DNA of 64,000 nt. It comes from Acidimicrobiia bacterium. Lineage in GTDB: Bacteria; Actinomycetota; Acidimicrobiia; Spongiisociales; JAENVV01. The position numbers were made by a program, and so were the translations under genes. Positions 19,034-28,407 of this stretch are shown here, in pieces. Each line of letters begins with the position of its first letter. Within the stretch, counting starts at the first letter, position 1. The stretch covers positions 37 through 64,036 of the forward strand of contig JAGXFS010000104.1 in NCBI GenBank assembly GCA_024637275.1. Direction: 5' to 3'. Below the pieces are notes generated by a model. It saw nothing but the letters and a program-made list of their open reading frames with translations, searched no databases and was not told the origin of the DNA.

Positions 19034-20350
19034 ATGCCCAAGCTCCCCATCATCGCCGTCGTCGGCCGGCCCAACATCGGCAAGTCGACCCTCGTCAACC
19101 GCGTTATTGGAAAACGAGAAGCAGTTGTAGAGGAACTGCCCGGGGTAACTCGTGATCGGCGGGAGTTTGCTGCAGATTGGGCAGGCCGCCAGTTCCTCCT
19201 GATCGACACCGGAGGCTGGCAGGTCGACGAGGAGGAGCACCTCGCCGCCGATATCTCGGCCCAGGCCGAAGCGGCGGTCGCGGTGGCCGATGTCGTCCTC
19301 TTTGTAGTCGACGCCACAACCTCTCTCACCGACGACGATATGGGAATTGCCAAGCTGGTCCGCGGCGCCCGTAAGGTCGTACTGGCTGCCAACAAGGTCG
19401 ACTCCACCAACCAACTCGATATGGTCTCCGACCTCTGGAGCCTGGGCCTTGGTGAGCCTTTCCCGGTAAGCGCGCTCCATGGGCGGGGAGTGGGCGACCT
19501 GCTCGACCAACTCGTGGGCTTCCTCCCGGCAGGCGGCGATGACTTTGTTGAGGACGAGGTACCAAAGCTGGCCATCATCGGACGACCCAACGTTGGCAAA
19601 TCGACTTTGCTCAACCACCTGGCCGGCGAACAGCGGGTCCTGGTCTCGCCGGTACCCGGCACAACGCGCGACCCGATCGACGTGCGAGTGGTCCTTGATG
19701 GCCAGGAGTACCTAGTGATCGATACGGCCGGGATGCGACGCCAGCCCAAGATCAAGGAGAGCGCTGACTTCTACTCAGTACAGCGGGCCAAGCGGGTCGC
19801 TGCCGAGTCCGACGTAGCCCTATTGGTCGTGGATGCGGTCGACGGTGTCACCGCTCAAGATCAGCGAATCGCCGAGGAAGTCCGACTCTCAGGGACGGCG
19901 ATGATCATCGTTGCCAACAAGTGGGACATCGCCGACGCCGACCAGCGGGACGTAACCGAGGATGGAATCGCTGATCGTCTCGGCTTCTGTTCGTGGGCTC
20001 CGCTGCTGCGCATGTCGGCTAAGACCGGAGCGCGGACGCACCGACTACCCAAGACGATCATCCAGGTCCTTGAGTCGAGTCAGCGACGTTTGTCGACGGG
20101 AAAGCTCAACCGGCTAATAACCGAGTGGACCCAGGCCCATCCACCACCGGTTCGAAAGGGTCGCCGCCCGAAGGTGCTGTACGCCGTCCAGGCGGGCATT
20201 CGACCACCAACCTTCATCCTGTTCGTGGCCGGGGGGGAACTCGGGGACGACTACCTGCGGTTCATCGAGAACCGCCTGCGCGAGGTCATAGATTTCTCAG
20301 GTACGCCCATTCATGTGGTGGCTCGTAAACGGGCTGCACGCGAGCGATAA
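19034..20350 (+). CDS. der: Ribosome-biogenesis GTPase Der (EngA)
   Basis: Two tandem GTPase domains (GRPNIGKSTLVNR and GRPNVGKSTLLN) plus a C-terminal KH-like domain. Conserved cmk–der neighbourhood. Confidence 0.95.
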   Translation: MPKLPIIAVVGRPNIGKSTLVNRVIGKREAVVEELPGVTRDRREFAADWAGRQFLLIDTGGWQVDEEEHLAADISAQAEAAVAVADVVLFVVDATTSLTDDDMGIAKLVRGARKVVLAANKVDSTNQLDMVSDLWSLGLGEPFPVSALHGRGVGDLLDQLVGFLPAGGDDFVEDEVPKLAIIGRPNVGKSTLLNHLAGEQRVLVSPVPGTTRDPIDVRVVLDGQEYLVIDTAGMRRQPKIKESADFYSVQRAKRVAAESDVALLVVDAVDGVTAQDQRIAEEVRLSGTAMIIVANKWDIADADQRDVTEDGIADRLGFCSWAPLLRMSAKTGARTHRLPKTIIQVLESSQRRLSTGKLNRLITEWTQAHPPPVRKGRRPKVLYAVQAGIRPPTFILFVAGGELGDDYLRFIENRLREVIDFSGTPIHVVARKRAARER

Positions 20351-20362
20351 GAGAGGGCCGCT

Positions 20363-20530
20363 GTGAGCCTCGAAGAGGGAGCGTCGAGTCCTGAGCCTGA
20401 CGGAGGACCCTCGTCGCCGTCCGTGCCCTGGCACTTCAAGCTGATGGTGGTTCTGGCTGCCCTTTATGTCGGGTGGCGGCTGGTGCAAATGATCGGCTGG
20501 ATCATCGACTGGCTAGCGAACCGTTTTTAG
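20363..20530 (+). CDS. Small (55 aa) putative single-TM membrane protein; below the ORF-track length cutoff
   Basis: GTG 20363 is preceded by AGAGGG. GC3-rich. The hydrophobic segment FKLMVVLAALYVGWRLVQMIGWII is predicted from sequence only. Confidence 0.3.
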   Translation: MSLEEGASSPEPDGGPSSPSVPWHFKLMVVLAALYVGWRLVQMIGWIIDWLANRF

Positions 20531-20595
20531 TCCGCCGTGGCATCGCTGAGTACCAAAGCTGACGGTATGCGATAAGTACCATCGTTGGTAATGAA

Positions 20596-20672
20596 TGGTC
20601 GGGCTGGCGGGATTTGAACCCGCGACCTCTTGTCCCCCAGACAAGCGCGCTACCAAGCTGCGCCACAGCCCG
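20596..20672 (-). tRNA. tRNA-Pro (anticodon GGG)
   Basis: Reverse complement CGGGCTGTGGCGCAGCTTGGTAGCGCGCTTGTCTGGGGGACAAGAGGTCGCGGGTTCAAATCCCGCCAGCCCGACCA folds as a cloverleaf. The 7-bp acceptor stem, D-arm GCGC/GCGC, anticodon stem CTTGT/ACAAG with loop CTGGGGG (anticodon GGG, G37), T-arm GCGGG-TTCAAAT-CCCGC and an encoded CCA are all present. Confidence 0.9.
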
Positions 20673-20911
20673 TTCGGAGCCAGACTAGCTGGCCGGTCGA
20701 TCGCCCGATTCGCACAATAAGTGGTCGCTCCGGTTGCAGAGTGGGTCGCAATGTCTGTATTCTGATCCGGCGCACGCATCGCGTGTGTGCGTACCTTCCC
20801 CACGATGGGCTTGAGAGCGGCTGTGGGCTGCGATCAAAACGCCGTGAGGAAGGCAGGCGTCTTTCCGCTTCGGTGGGAGACGTGCGCAAGATTGACGAAA
20901 TATTGGAGGAC

Positions 20912-22906
20912 ATGACGGTGAGATCCTCATCGAAGTTTCCATGGCGATTCGTAGCACTCCTGGCAGTTCTTGCCATGATTGCCGCGGCTTGCGGTGGCAC
21001 GACTGCTGATACAACGGCAGCCCCGGATGTAACAGATACAACAAGTGGAACAGAAACCCCTGACACCACGATGGGTACGGACGATACGACTCCGCCATCG
21101 GTTGACGGGTTTGAATACAAGATCGCGGTGATCGAAGACTTCACCACGGACAACTTCTGGACGTACCTGGATACCGACAACTCCGTGTATAACGGTTACT
21201 TGCTCGGTGGACAGGCTGCAGCCGTTTACACCCAGGTGGCTCCCAACTTCACGTTGGCACCATCCATGGCTCTTGACGCAGTACCACCAATTGGTGCGGC
21301 TGACGGCGACAACTGGGTCATCTCGGTTCCGCTCCGTGAGACGCTGACGTGGAGCGATGGCGAAGCCATCGATGCCAACGACGTTGCCTTCACGTTCAAC
21401 ACGGTCAAGGACCTCGGTCTGGGCGGTAACTGGCTCGGCTCGATTCCTTTGGCGACCGATGACGATCCAGAGACGGCTGATGTCGATGAGTCGGCTGTTG
21501 GCCTCTTGTCGGTTGAAGCTGCTGACGACTTCACGGTTGTCTATACCTTCAACGGTGCTCCTGGCCTGCCACTGTGGCAGTACGGTGCGGCGCAGTTCGC
21601 GGTTATGCCCGAGCACTTCTGGGGCCCGATCGTAGCGTCGTCTGCCGATGCCGAGACCTTCGAAGCGTCATCCGGTGAGGGTGCTCCTTCGGCCGGTGGC
21701 TTCACCTACACCACCCGTGAAGAAGGTGCGTTTGCTCGTTTGAGCGCCGCCCCGTATTACGACACAGGTGCTCGTACGGTGGTCTACGAAAACGGTGCCG
21801 TGGAATACACAGGACCTGATGGCACCCTCGAGAACTACGGTGGCACGCCGGAAGGCGAAGTTGTTTCCGATGACGTTGCCGGCCCATTCGCCAGCGAAGT
21901 TGTCTTCACCGTCACCGGTGGACAGGATCAGGCCGTGTTGGCGCTTACTGAAGGCGAAGTTGACTTCTGGTTGACGCCGCTAGGTGTTCAGCGTGGATTC
22001 CTGGATCGTATCCTTGCCGAGTCTGACCTTGAGGTCATCACGAACCCGAACTCGGGCTTCCGTTATCTCTCGTTCAACACTCGCAAGTTCCCGATGTCTG
22101 ACACGTCATTCCGTCAGGCTATGGCTTGCATGATCGATAAAGAGTTCATGGCCAACAACGTCCTCCAGGGCGTCGCCATCTCGCTCGACACGACCGTGCC
22201 TCCCGCCAATGCCTTCTGGCACAATGCCGATATTGAGGCACAGTGTGCTGGGTTGACTCAGGAAGAGCGCGTTGGCGCTTCCATCCAGATCCTCAAAGAT
22301 GGTGGATGGACGTGGACGACTGATCCAGAGTGGAACGCCGACAACCTCGACGTCATTCCGAAGGGCGAAGGCCTTTCGTTGAACGGCGAGACCATTGGTG
22401 ACCTGAGCGTGTTGGCTCCTGGACCTGGTTACGACCCGCTCCGTGCGACCTACTCGCTGTTTATTGAAGACTGGGCTCAGGACCTCGGTATTCCGTTGTC
22501 CGCAGAGCCAACTGGCTTCAACGTCATCGTTGAGAAGGTATTCGGTCCGACCGACTGGGATATGTATATCCTCGGTTGGGGTACCGGTGTCTTCCCGGAT
22601 TACGTCGTTGATTTCTTCGAGTCCTCGCAGGACTCGGCCGAGGGTGGTTTCAACACCCCAGGGTTCAACAACGCAGAATTCGACGCTTTGGCGGCCGAGT
22701 TCAAGCAAGCTACTGACCTGGCCGATGCTCAGGCATTGATCTTCCAGATGGAAGCGATCATCGCTGAAGAAGTACCATACGTGGTGCTCTTCACGACGCC
22801 AGTTCTTGAGGCGTTCCGTAACAACCTGGACTTCCCGTTCACTACGGGTCTGGGTGGTATCCAGCAATGGAATGGTTCGCAGGTATCGGTCAAGTCCTCG
22901 CAGTAA
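20912..22906 (+). CDS. ABC transporter substrate-binding lipoprotein, peptide/nickel family 5 (DppA/OppA-like); unusually long (~664 aa)
   Basis: ATG 20912 is preceded by GGAGGA. Lipoprotein signal peptide with lipobox ...IAAACGG. A Thr/Asp-rich linker is followed by a family-5 SBP-like body. Followed by two permeases and two ATPases. The ORF-track start at 20630 overlaps the tRNA and was rejected. Confidence 0.8.
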   Translation: MTVRSSSKFPWRFVALLAVLAMIAAACGGTTADTTAAPDVTDTTSGTETPDTTMGTDDTTPPSVDGFEYKIAVIEDFTTDNFWTYLDTDNSVYNGYLLGGQAAAVYTQVAPNFTLAPSMALDAVPPIGAADGDNWVISVPLRETLTWSDGEAIDANDVAFTFNTVKDLGLGGNWLGSIPLATDDDPETADVDESAVGLLSVEAADDFTVVYTFNGAPGLPLWQYGAAQFAVMPEHFWGPIVASSADAETFEASSGEGAPSAGGFTYTTREEGAFARLSAAPYYDTGARTVVYENGAVEYTGPDGTLENYGGTPEGEVVSDDVAGPFASEVVFTVTGGQDQAVLALTEGEVDFWLTPLGVQRGFLDRILAESDLEVITNPNSGFRYLSFNTRKFPMSDTSFRQAMACMIDKEFMANNVLQGVAISLDTTVPPANAFWHNADIEAQCAGLTQEERVGASIQILKDGGWTWTTDPEWNADNLDVIPKGEGLSLNGETIGDLSVLAPGPGYDPLRATYSLFIEDWAQDLGIPLSAEPTGFNVIVEKVFGPTDWDMYILGWGTGVFPDYVVDFFESSQDSAEGGFNTPGFNNAEFDALAAEFKQATDLADAQALIFQMEAIIAEEVPYVVLFTTPVLEAFRNNLDFPFTTGLGGIQQWNGSQVSVKSSQ

Positions 22907-23082
22907 TCCTGCGTCGATAACGATTGAAATTACTGGGGAGGGTTTCGGCCCTCCCCAGTTGTATGTGGTGGAAGGCGGGTCACCACCGCTTCAATGGTCG
23001 GCCGCATGACGATGAGGCGGGGCGGTTAGCAGGCCCTGGACTCAGCGGGTATCATGCACAAGCCATCTCGAAAGGATCTCCG

Positions 23083-24249
23083 GTGGGTCGATACGTTTTT
23101 AAGCGGTTCATTCAGATGGTCCTGCTCTTTCTGGTCTTCTTCGCGCTGTCGTGGATTGCCCTGCAGGCAATCCCGGGGAACAGCATCGAACAGCAATTGC
23201 GGCTCAACCCGAATCTCCCTCCTGAGGCGATCACCCAGGCCCTTGAGCGCCGGGGCCTCGACAAGCCGCCGATCGAGCAGTTTTGGATCTACACCAAAGA
23301 CTTTTTTACTGGTGACCTCGGAGTGAGTTGGTCTCGCTACCCACAGCCTGTCAGCAGTTTGATCGCCGAGCGATTGCCGAGGACCGTCATGTTGTTCTCG
23401 GTGGCGCTGCTCTTTCAGTATCTCGTCGGATTCCAGGCCGGGAAGTATCTCGCCTGGCGACGTAACAAGCGCGGCGAAATGGCCATTACCATCGCTGGAG
23501 TTTCGTTGTTTACCGTGTTCTATCCATGGTTTGGCCTGATGATGATTCTGTTGTTTGCGGTCAAACTCGGGTGGGTGCCGACCAACGGGTTTATTGTCGA
23601 ATCGATATGGAGAGATGCTCCGCTGTCGGCCAATCGCATGATGATGACGATGTTTACGTCGTTGATGCTGGTCACCGCCTTCATTGGGCTCACCGTTTGG
23701 GCATCGGCTCGACTGGACCGGCCTTCTCAGCGGCGAATGGTAAAACTCGGAGCGTGGGTGGCCGGTATCGGTGCCTTTTTCGTCTACTGGCTCACGAACG
23801 ACAACCTGGTCTATGCGAAGGACATCGCCGTCCATCTGGTACTGCCAGTCAGTGTTCTCACCATGGTGGGGTTCGCCGGTGTCATGTTGATCACCCGCAC
23901 ATCGATGCTCGAGACGATGAAAGAAGACTTCGTACTGACGGCCCGCGCCAAAGGCCTCACTGAAGCCATGGTGCGGGACCGGCATGCCGCTCGCACCGCT
24001 CTGTTGCCTGTCTCCACCTCGCTGGTTCTCGCCGTTGCGACGGTTATCGATGGCGGGATCATTACCGAGTCGATATTTGGTTGGCCGGGGATGGGTCAGC
24101 TACTGCTCGCTTCGGTCGTAGCAGAGGACATTCCCGTCGCGCTGGCGGCTTTCTCCTTCACGGGCATTTTGGCATTGCTCGGGCACTTTGCTGCCGACGT
24201 CTTATACGGGGTGCTCGATCCCCGCATCCGAGTCACGAGTCAGGGGTAA
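23083..24249 (+). CDS. ABC transporter permease (DppB/OppB-like)
   Basis: Start at GTG 23083 (RYVFKRFIQMVLLFLV...). EAA-like loop LTARAKGLTEAMVRDRHAART. About 6 TM segments with an insertion relative to typical DppB. Confidence 0.85.
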   Translation: MGRYVFKRFIQMVLLFLVFFALSWIALQAIPGNSIEQQLRLNPNLPPEAITQALERRGLDKPPIEQFWIYTKDFFTGDLGVSWSRYPQPVSSLIAERLPRTVMLFSVALLFQYLVGFQAGKYLAWRRNKRGEMAITIAGVSLFTVFYPWFGLMMILLFAVKLGWVPTNGFIVESIWRDAPLSANRMMMTMFTSLMLVTAFIGLTVWASARLDRPSQRRMVKLGAWVAGIGAFFVYWLTNDNLVYAKDIAVHLVLPVSVLTMVGFAGVMLITRTSMLETMKEDFVLTARAKGLTEAMVRDRHAARTALLPVSTSLVLAVATVIDGGIITESIFGWPGMGQLLLASVVAEDIPVALAAFSFTGILALLGHFAADVLYGVLDPRIRVTSQG

Positions 24250-24253
24250 CACT

Positions 24254-25363
24254 ATGGACACACTGCAAGCTCCCGAAGAGTCCGAGATCCCCGGCGACGT
24301 TGAGTTACGCCTACAACACGAACCGCTCTGGCGCATCCGCGTCAGGCTCATGCAGAAGAGCTTCAAAGCGAACTGGAAGCTCTTCAAGCGCAATAAGGTC
24401 GGCGTAGTCGGTCTGGTCATCATCATCATGTTTGCGATCCTCGGGATCGCCCAACCGATCTTGTTTGCGACCGGCGTGTGGGACAAACGGGTCTACGATG
24501 TTCGGACGGGCAACGACAACCGGGAACGAATCGCCGAAATGACGGTCGTCGCCAACGTGGACGACGTGGTTGATCCGAACACGCAGATCGACCGCCGCCG
24601 GTTGATCGCCGAGGGAAAAAACGCCGAAATCGGCGACGTCATTCAACGTGAACTGAAGCATCCCTGGCCGCCCGACAGGAACCATTTGCTCGGTACCGAC
24701 CCCAACGGGTCGGATATTCTTTCTCAGCTAATGTTCGGGGCGCGGGCTGCGTTTGGTCTTGGCTTGCTAGCTGCCACTGTGACCGTATTCATTGCTACGA
24801 CCGTGGGTTCGGTTGCCGCGTACTTTGGTGGATGGGTTGACTCGTTCTTCATGCGCTTTGCCGATCTCCTCCTGATGCTTCCGATTCTGGCCGTCCTGAT
24901 CGTTGCAAGCAGCTTCGGCCGCTTCAAACTGTGGCATCTAGCCATCTTTCTCGGCCTGCTCGGTGGATTCGGCGGAACTGCGATTGTGCTGAAATCCCAG
25001 GCGCTCTCGGTCAAGGTCAAACCGTTTATTGATGCGGCGCGGGTAGCTGGCGGCAACAACTGGAGGATCGTCACCTCTCACCTCATTCCCAACGTCATGC
25101 CCCTGTCATTTCTCTACGTGATGTTTTCCGTTACCGGTGCCATCTCGTCTGAAGCCGTCCTGTCGTTCTTGGGTCTGCTCAACATCGATATGAGCTGGGG
25201 TCTGATGATCAATAAGACGCAATCAGCCGGGTATTTGTTGAATCCGTCAACCTGGTGGCTCATCGTTCCGGCCGGTTTGGCAGTCACCTTGTTGGCTGGC
25301 GCTTTCTATTTGGCCGGTCGCGGCATGGACGAGATCATCAACCCGCGTCTGCGGAATCGTTAG
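24254..25363 (+). CDS. ABC transporter permease (DppC/OppC-like) with an N-terminal extension
   Basis: ATG 24254 lies just after the upstream stop. The C-terminal core is DppC-like (…VLKSQALSVKVKPFIDAARVAGGNNWRIVTSHLIPN…). Confidence 0.85.
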   Translation: MDTLQAPEESEIPGDVELRLQHEPLWRIRVRLMQKSFKANWKLFKRNKVGVVGLVIIIMFAILGIAQPILFATGVWDKRVYDVRTGNDNRERIAEMTVVANVDDVVDPNTQIDRRRLIAEGKNAEIGDVIQRELKHPWPPDRNHLLGTDPNGSDILSQLMFGARAAFGLGLLAATVTVFIATTVGSVAAYFGGWVDSFFMRFADLLLMLPILAVLIVASSFGRFKLWHLAIFLGLLGGFGGTAIVLKSQALSVKVKPFIDAARVAGGNNWRIVTSHLIPNVMPLSFLYVMFSVTGAISSEAVLSFLGLLNIDMSWGLMINKTQSAGYLLNPSTWWLIVPAGLAVTLLAGAFYLAGRGMDEIINPRLRNR

Positions 25364-25376
25364 GAAGGGCAATTAG

Positions 25377-26399
25377 TTGACCGATACAAGAGAGTTGTCG
25401 AACGACGCCCCGATCCTGGACGTACGTAACCTGGTCATGCACTACCGCACCGAGAAAGGTGACGTGTCCGCAATCGAGGACGTCTCGTTCTCGTTGAAAG
25501 CCGGTGAGTCCTTCGGCCTGGTCGGTGAATCTGGCTGCGGCAAGACGTCCGTCGCCATGGCGCTGCTGCAGCTTCAGGCCGAAAACGCTGGGTTCGAAGG
25601 CGGAGAGATCCTGCTCAACGGGAAAGATTTGCTCCTGATGGGCCCGTCGGAGATGCGCTCGCACCGTTGGAACGACATCTCGATGGTCTTCCAGGGCGCC
25701 ATGAACGCTTGGAATCCGGTTCACAAGGTCGGCGCGCAAATCAAAGAGGCAATGGACTTGCATGTCAAGCCGCAGTTGTCGCACTCAGAGAGCCGCGAGC
25801 GAATCGGCCAGCTGTTCGAGATGGTTGGACTTGATCCAAAGATGATGGATCGGTATCCCCACGAGTTCTCTGGCGGCATGCGGCAGAGGGCGGTGATCGC
25901 CATGGCCCTGTCGTGTGATCCTCAGATCATCATCGCCGATGAGCCAACGACCGCTCTCGACGTCATCGTCCAGGACCAGATTCTCAGCGAGCTCAAGAAA
26001 ATCCAGCGTGATCTGGGCATGAGCATCCTGTACATCTCGCACGACATTGCCGTCATCGCTGAGGTCACTGACCGTATGGGCGTCATGTACGCCGGGAAGA
26101 TGGTCGAAACCGGACCAACCATCGACATCTTTCACAACCCGAAGCACCCGTATGCCTTCTTGCTCTTGTCCTCGACGCCTTCCATTACGGGGCCGCGGCG
26201 CAAACTGGCGCCACTTGAAGGTGAACCGCCCAACTTGCTTGACCCGCCGGATGGTTGTCGCTTTCATCCTCGTTGCCCGTTCGTGACCGACCAGTGCCGT
26301 ACCGAAGAGCCTCCCTTGGCTGACATCGGTGCGGGACATAAGGTGGCTTGTTGGAACTGGGAATCTGTTCCCCCGTTGAGCGAAGGGCTCCGTAAATGA
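25377..26399 (+). CDS. ABC transporter ATP-binding protein (DppD/OppD-like)
   Basis: Walker A GESGCGKTS, signature LSGGMRQRA, Walker B IIIADEPTTALD, and a C-terminal oligopeptide-transporter extension. TTG start. Confidence 0.9.
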   Translation: MTDTRELSNDAPILDVRNLVMHYRTEKGDVSAIEDVSFSLKAGESFGLVGESGCGKTSVAMALLQLQAENAGFEGGEILLNGKDLLLMGPSEMRSHRWNDISMVFQGAMNAWNPVHKVGAQIKEAMDLHVKPQLSHSESRERIGQLFEMVGLDPKMMDRYPHEFSGGMRQRAVIAMALSCDPQIIIADEPTTALDVIVQDQILSELKKIQRDLGMSILYISHDIAVIAEVTDRMGVMYAGKMVETGPTIDIFHNPKHPYAFLLLSSTPSITGPRRKLAPLEGEPPNLLDPPDGCRFHPRCPFVTDQCRTEEPPLADIGAGHKVACWNWESVPPLSEGLRK

Positions 26400-27415
26400 C
26401 CGACGTTCAAGCTCCCGCAAAGCCGCTCGTCAAGGTCGAAGGCCTCACCAAACTCTTCCCAATCGGGTCGGGACGATTCCGGGCCCCCGACGCCCATCTC
26501 CATGCGGTCGACGGGATCAACTTCGAGATTGCCTCTGGTGAGTCGCTGGGATTGGTAGGCGAGTCGGGATGTGGCAAGTCGACAACCGGCCGGATGTTGG
26601 TGCGACTCATGGACCCGACCGAGGGCTCGATCCTGCTCCAGGATGGCGACGAGATGTTGGATATCGCCGCTATTGGCAAGCGCGACATGTTGCGTTTCCG
26701 CCGCCGGGTGCAGATGATCTTTCAAGACCCTTTTGAGTCCCTCAACCCTCGCAGGACCGTCTATGACACCGTCGCCGAGCCCCTGACGGTCCAGCGGGTC
26801 GGGACCGTCAGGGAGCGTGAATTACGGGTCGCTCGGCTGCTTGACCTGGTTGGACTGGCTCCGGCGGACACGTTCATGTTCCGCTATCCACATGAACTCT
26901 CCGGTGGTCAGCGCCAAAGAGTCGCCATCGCCCGTGCTCTAGTCCTCGATCCGACGTTTGTGGTTGCCGACGAGCCCACTTCGATGCTTGATGTGTCAAT
27001 CCGCATCTCAATCATGGACCTCATGCTGTCGTTGGCGGAGGAATTCGGGGTTTCATATCTCTACATAACCCACGACCTGGCTGTCGCCCGCTATATGTGT
27101 GACCGGATCGCGGTGATGTATCTCGGAAAAATCGTTGAGATCACCTCCACCGAAGAGTTGCTATCGAACCCGTTGCATCCCTACACGAAAGCGCTGCTGT
27201 CGGCTGTTCCGGTTCCCGATCCGGCGTACAAACGCCCGGACGTGCTGATCAAAGGCGGAATCGCCAAGGCCATCAATCCACCGCCAGTCTGCCGGTTCGT
27301 CGATCGGTGCCCGATGGCAACGGACTTCTGTCGCACACACGATCACCCGCCACTCGAAGAGAAGAGCAGTCAACACTTCGTCGCCTGTCATCTCGTGGAG
27401 TCCTCTGCTGGCTGA
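26396..27415 (+). CDS. ABC transporter ATP-binding protein (DppF/OppF-like)
   Basis: Walker A GESGCGKST, signature LSGGQRQRV, Walker B VVADEPTSMLD. Confidence 0.9.
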   Translation: MTDVQAPAKPLVKVEGLTKLFPIGSGRFRAPDAHLHAVDGINFEIASGESLGLVGESGCGKSTTGRMLVRLMDPTEGSILLQDGDEMLDIAAIGKRDMLRFRRRVQMIFQDPFESLNPRRTVYDTVAEPLTVQRVGTVRERELRVARLLDLVGLAPADTFMFRYPHELSGGQRQRVAIARALVLDPTFVVADEPTSMLDVSIRISIMDLMLSLAEEFGVSYLYITHDLAVARYMCDRIAVMYLGKIVEITSTEELLSNPLHPYTKALLSAVPVPDPAYKRPDVLIKGGIAKAINPPPVCRFVDRCPMATDFCRTHDHPPLEEKSSQHFVACHLVESSAG

Positions 27416-27440
27416 TCGGCGGGTAGGCGAGGACCGGGTC

Positions 27441-28025
27441 CTAACCCTGCCGAATGCCATATCGTTTGTAAGGATCCTGGCGGTTCCGCTATTTGTCTGG
27501 CTGTTGCTTGGCGCCGATGAAATCGTCGCGGCCGGCCTCTTGCTTCTGGTGATCGGAGGCACCGATTGGATAGATGGTTTCCTCGCCAGACGGCTTGGCC
27601 AGGTCTCCAACCTCGGCCGTATGCTCGACCCGATTGCCGATCGGCTGGCGATTATCGCCGCGGTCGTCGCCGGGTCCTTGGCCGGGATCCTGCCTCTCTG
27701 GCTTGTGCTTGGCCTCCTGGTTCGTGAAACGATCGTGGCTGGCATCGCCATATGGCTGCTGCTCAAGCACCGCAAGACCATCGACGTGCGTTGGATCGGG
27801 AAGCTGGCTACGTTCCTTCTCTACGGTTCGATTCCGGCGTTCTACCTGGCGGCCGCCGGAGTCGCCGAATCAGTCCTGGTCGTCGCGGCCAATGCCGCCG
27901 GGTTGATGGGGCTCGTTTTGTACTGGGCCGTGGCGGTTTACTACGTCGCGGACGTCCGCCAAGCTGCTAGAAATTCGTTAAGCTCGAAACTACCCATCGA
28001 GAAGGGCCCTAATGAACATTCCTGA
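27441..28025 (+). CDS. CDP-alcohol phosphatidyltransferase (PgsA-like); N-terminus has no canonical start codon
   Basis: Family motif DGFLARRLGQVSNLGRMLDPIADRL (D-G-x2-A-R-x8-G-x3-D-x3-D). The conserved N-terminal TM helix LTLPNAISFVRILAVPLFVWLL is encoded upstream of the first ATG/GTG/TTG, which is TTG 27504. In this frame there is no canonical start between the stop at 27246 and 27504. pgsA–gcvH–garA synteny as in mycobacteria. Confidence 0.7.
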   Translation, partial: LTLPNAISFVRILAVPLFVWLLLGADEIVAAGLLLLVIGGTDWIDGFLARRLGQVSNLGRMLDPIADRLAIIAAVVAGSLAGILPLWLVLGLLVRETIVAGIAIWLLLKHRKTIDVRWIGKLATFLLYGSIPAFYLAAAGVAESVLVVAANAAGLMGLVLYWAVAVYYVADVRQAARNSLSSKLPIEKGPNEHS

Positions 28026-28398
28026 AGATCGCCAGTACACCTCCGCCCATGAGTGGGTCCTCCGCGACGATGCGGGCGTCCTGACGGTGGGAATTAGCGA
28101 TTTCGCACAAGATGCGCTCGGAGACATCGTATATGTCGATCTGCCTGATGTCGGCTCGACCGTGCCGGCCGGGGAGACGCTCGCTGAAGTTGAGTCGACT
28201 AAGTCTGTCGGCGAAGTGTACGCGCCAGTCTCCGGATCGGTCGTGGCTGTGAACACCGACCTCGACGATAATCCGGAACTCGTGAACCAGGATCCGTACG
28301 GCAAGGGGTGGATCGTGAAGCTGGCCCCTGCCGACGATGCAGACTTCAGCGTGCTGATTGATGCCGCCGCATACGGGACTCTCGTCTCGGAGCTGTAG
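28012..28398 (+). CDS. gcvH: Glycine cleavage system H protein
   Basis: Lipoyl-lysine motif ETLAEVESTKSVGEVYAPVSG, length 128 aa, and a typical N-terminus (YTSAHEWV). Confidence 0.92.
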   Translation: MNIPEDRQYTSAHEWVLRDDAGVLTVGISDFAQDALGDIVYVDLPDVGSTVPAGETLAEVESTKSVGEVYAPVSGSVVAVNTDLDDNPELVNQDPYGKGWIVKLAPADDADFSVLIDAAAYGTLVSEL

Positions 28399-28407
28399 CC
28401 AACTACC

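Noticed and set aside
20630-20911. 758-aa version of the ABC substrate-binding protein starting at 20630
   Set aside because: It would overlap the tRNA-Pro gene and encodes no signal peptide. ATG 20912 has a GGAGGA SD and begins a canonical lipoprotein signal.
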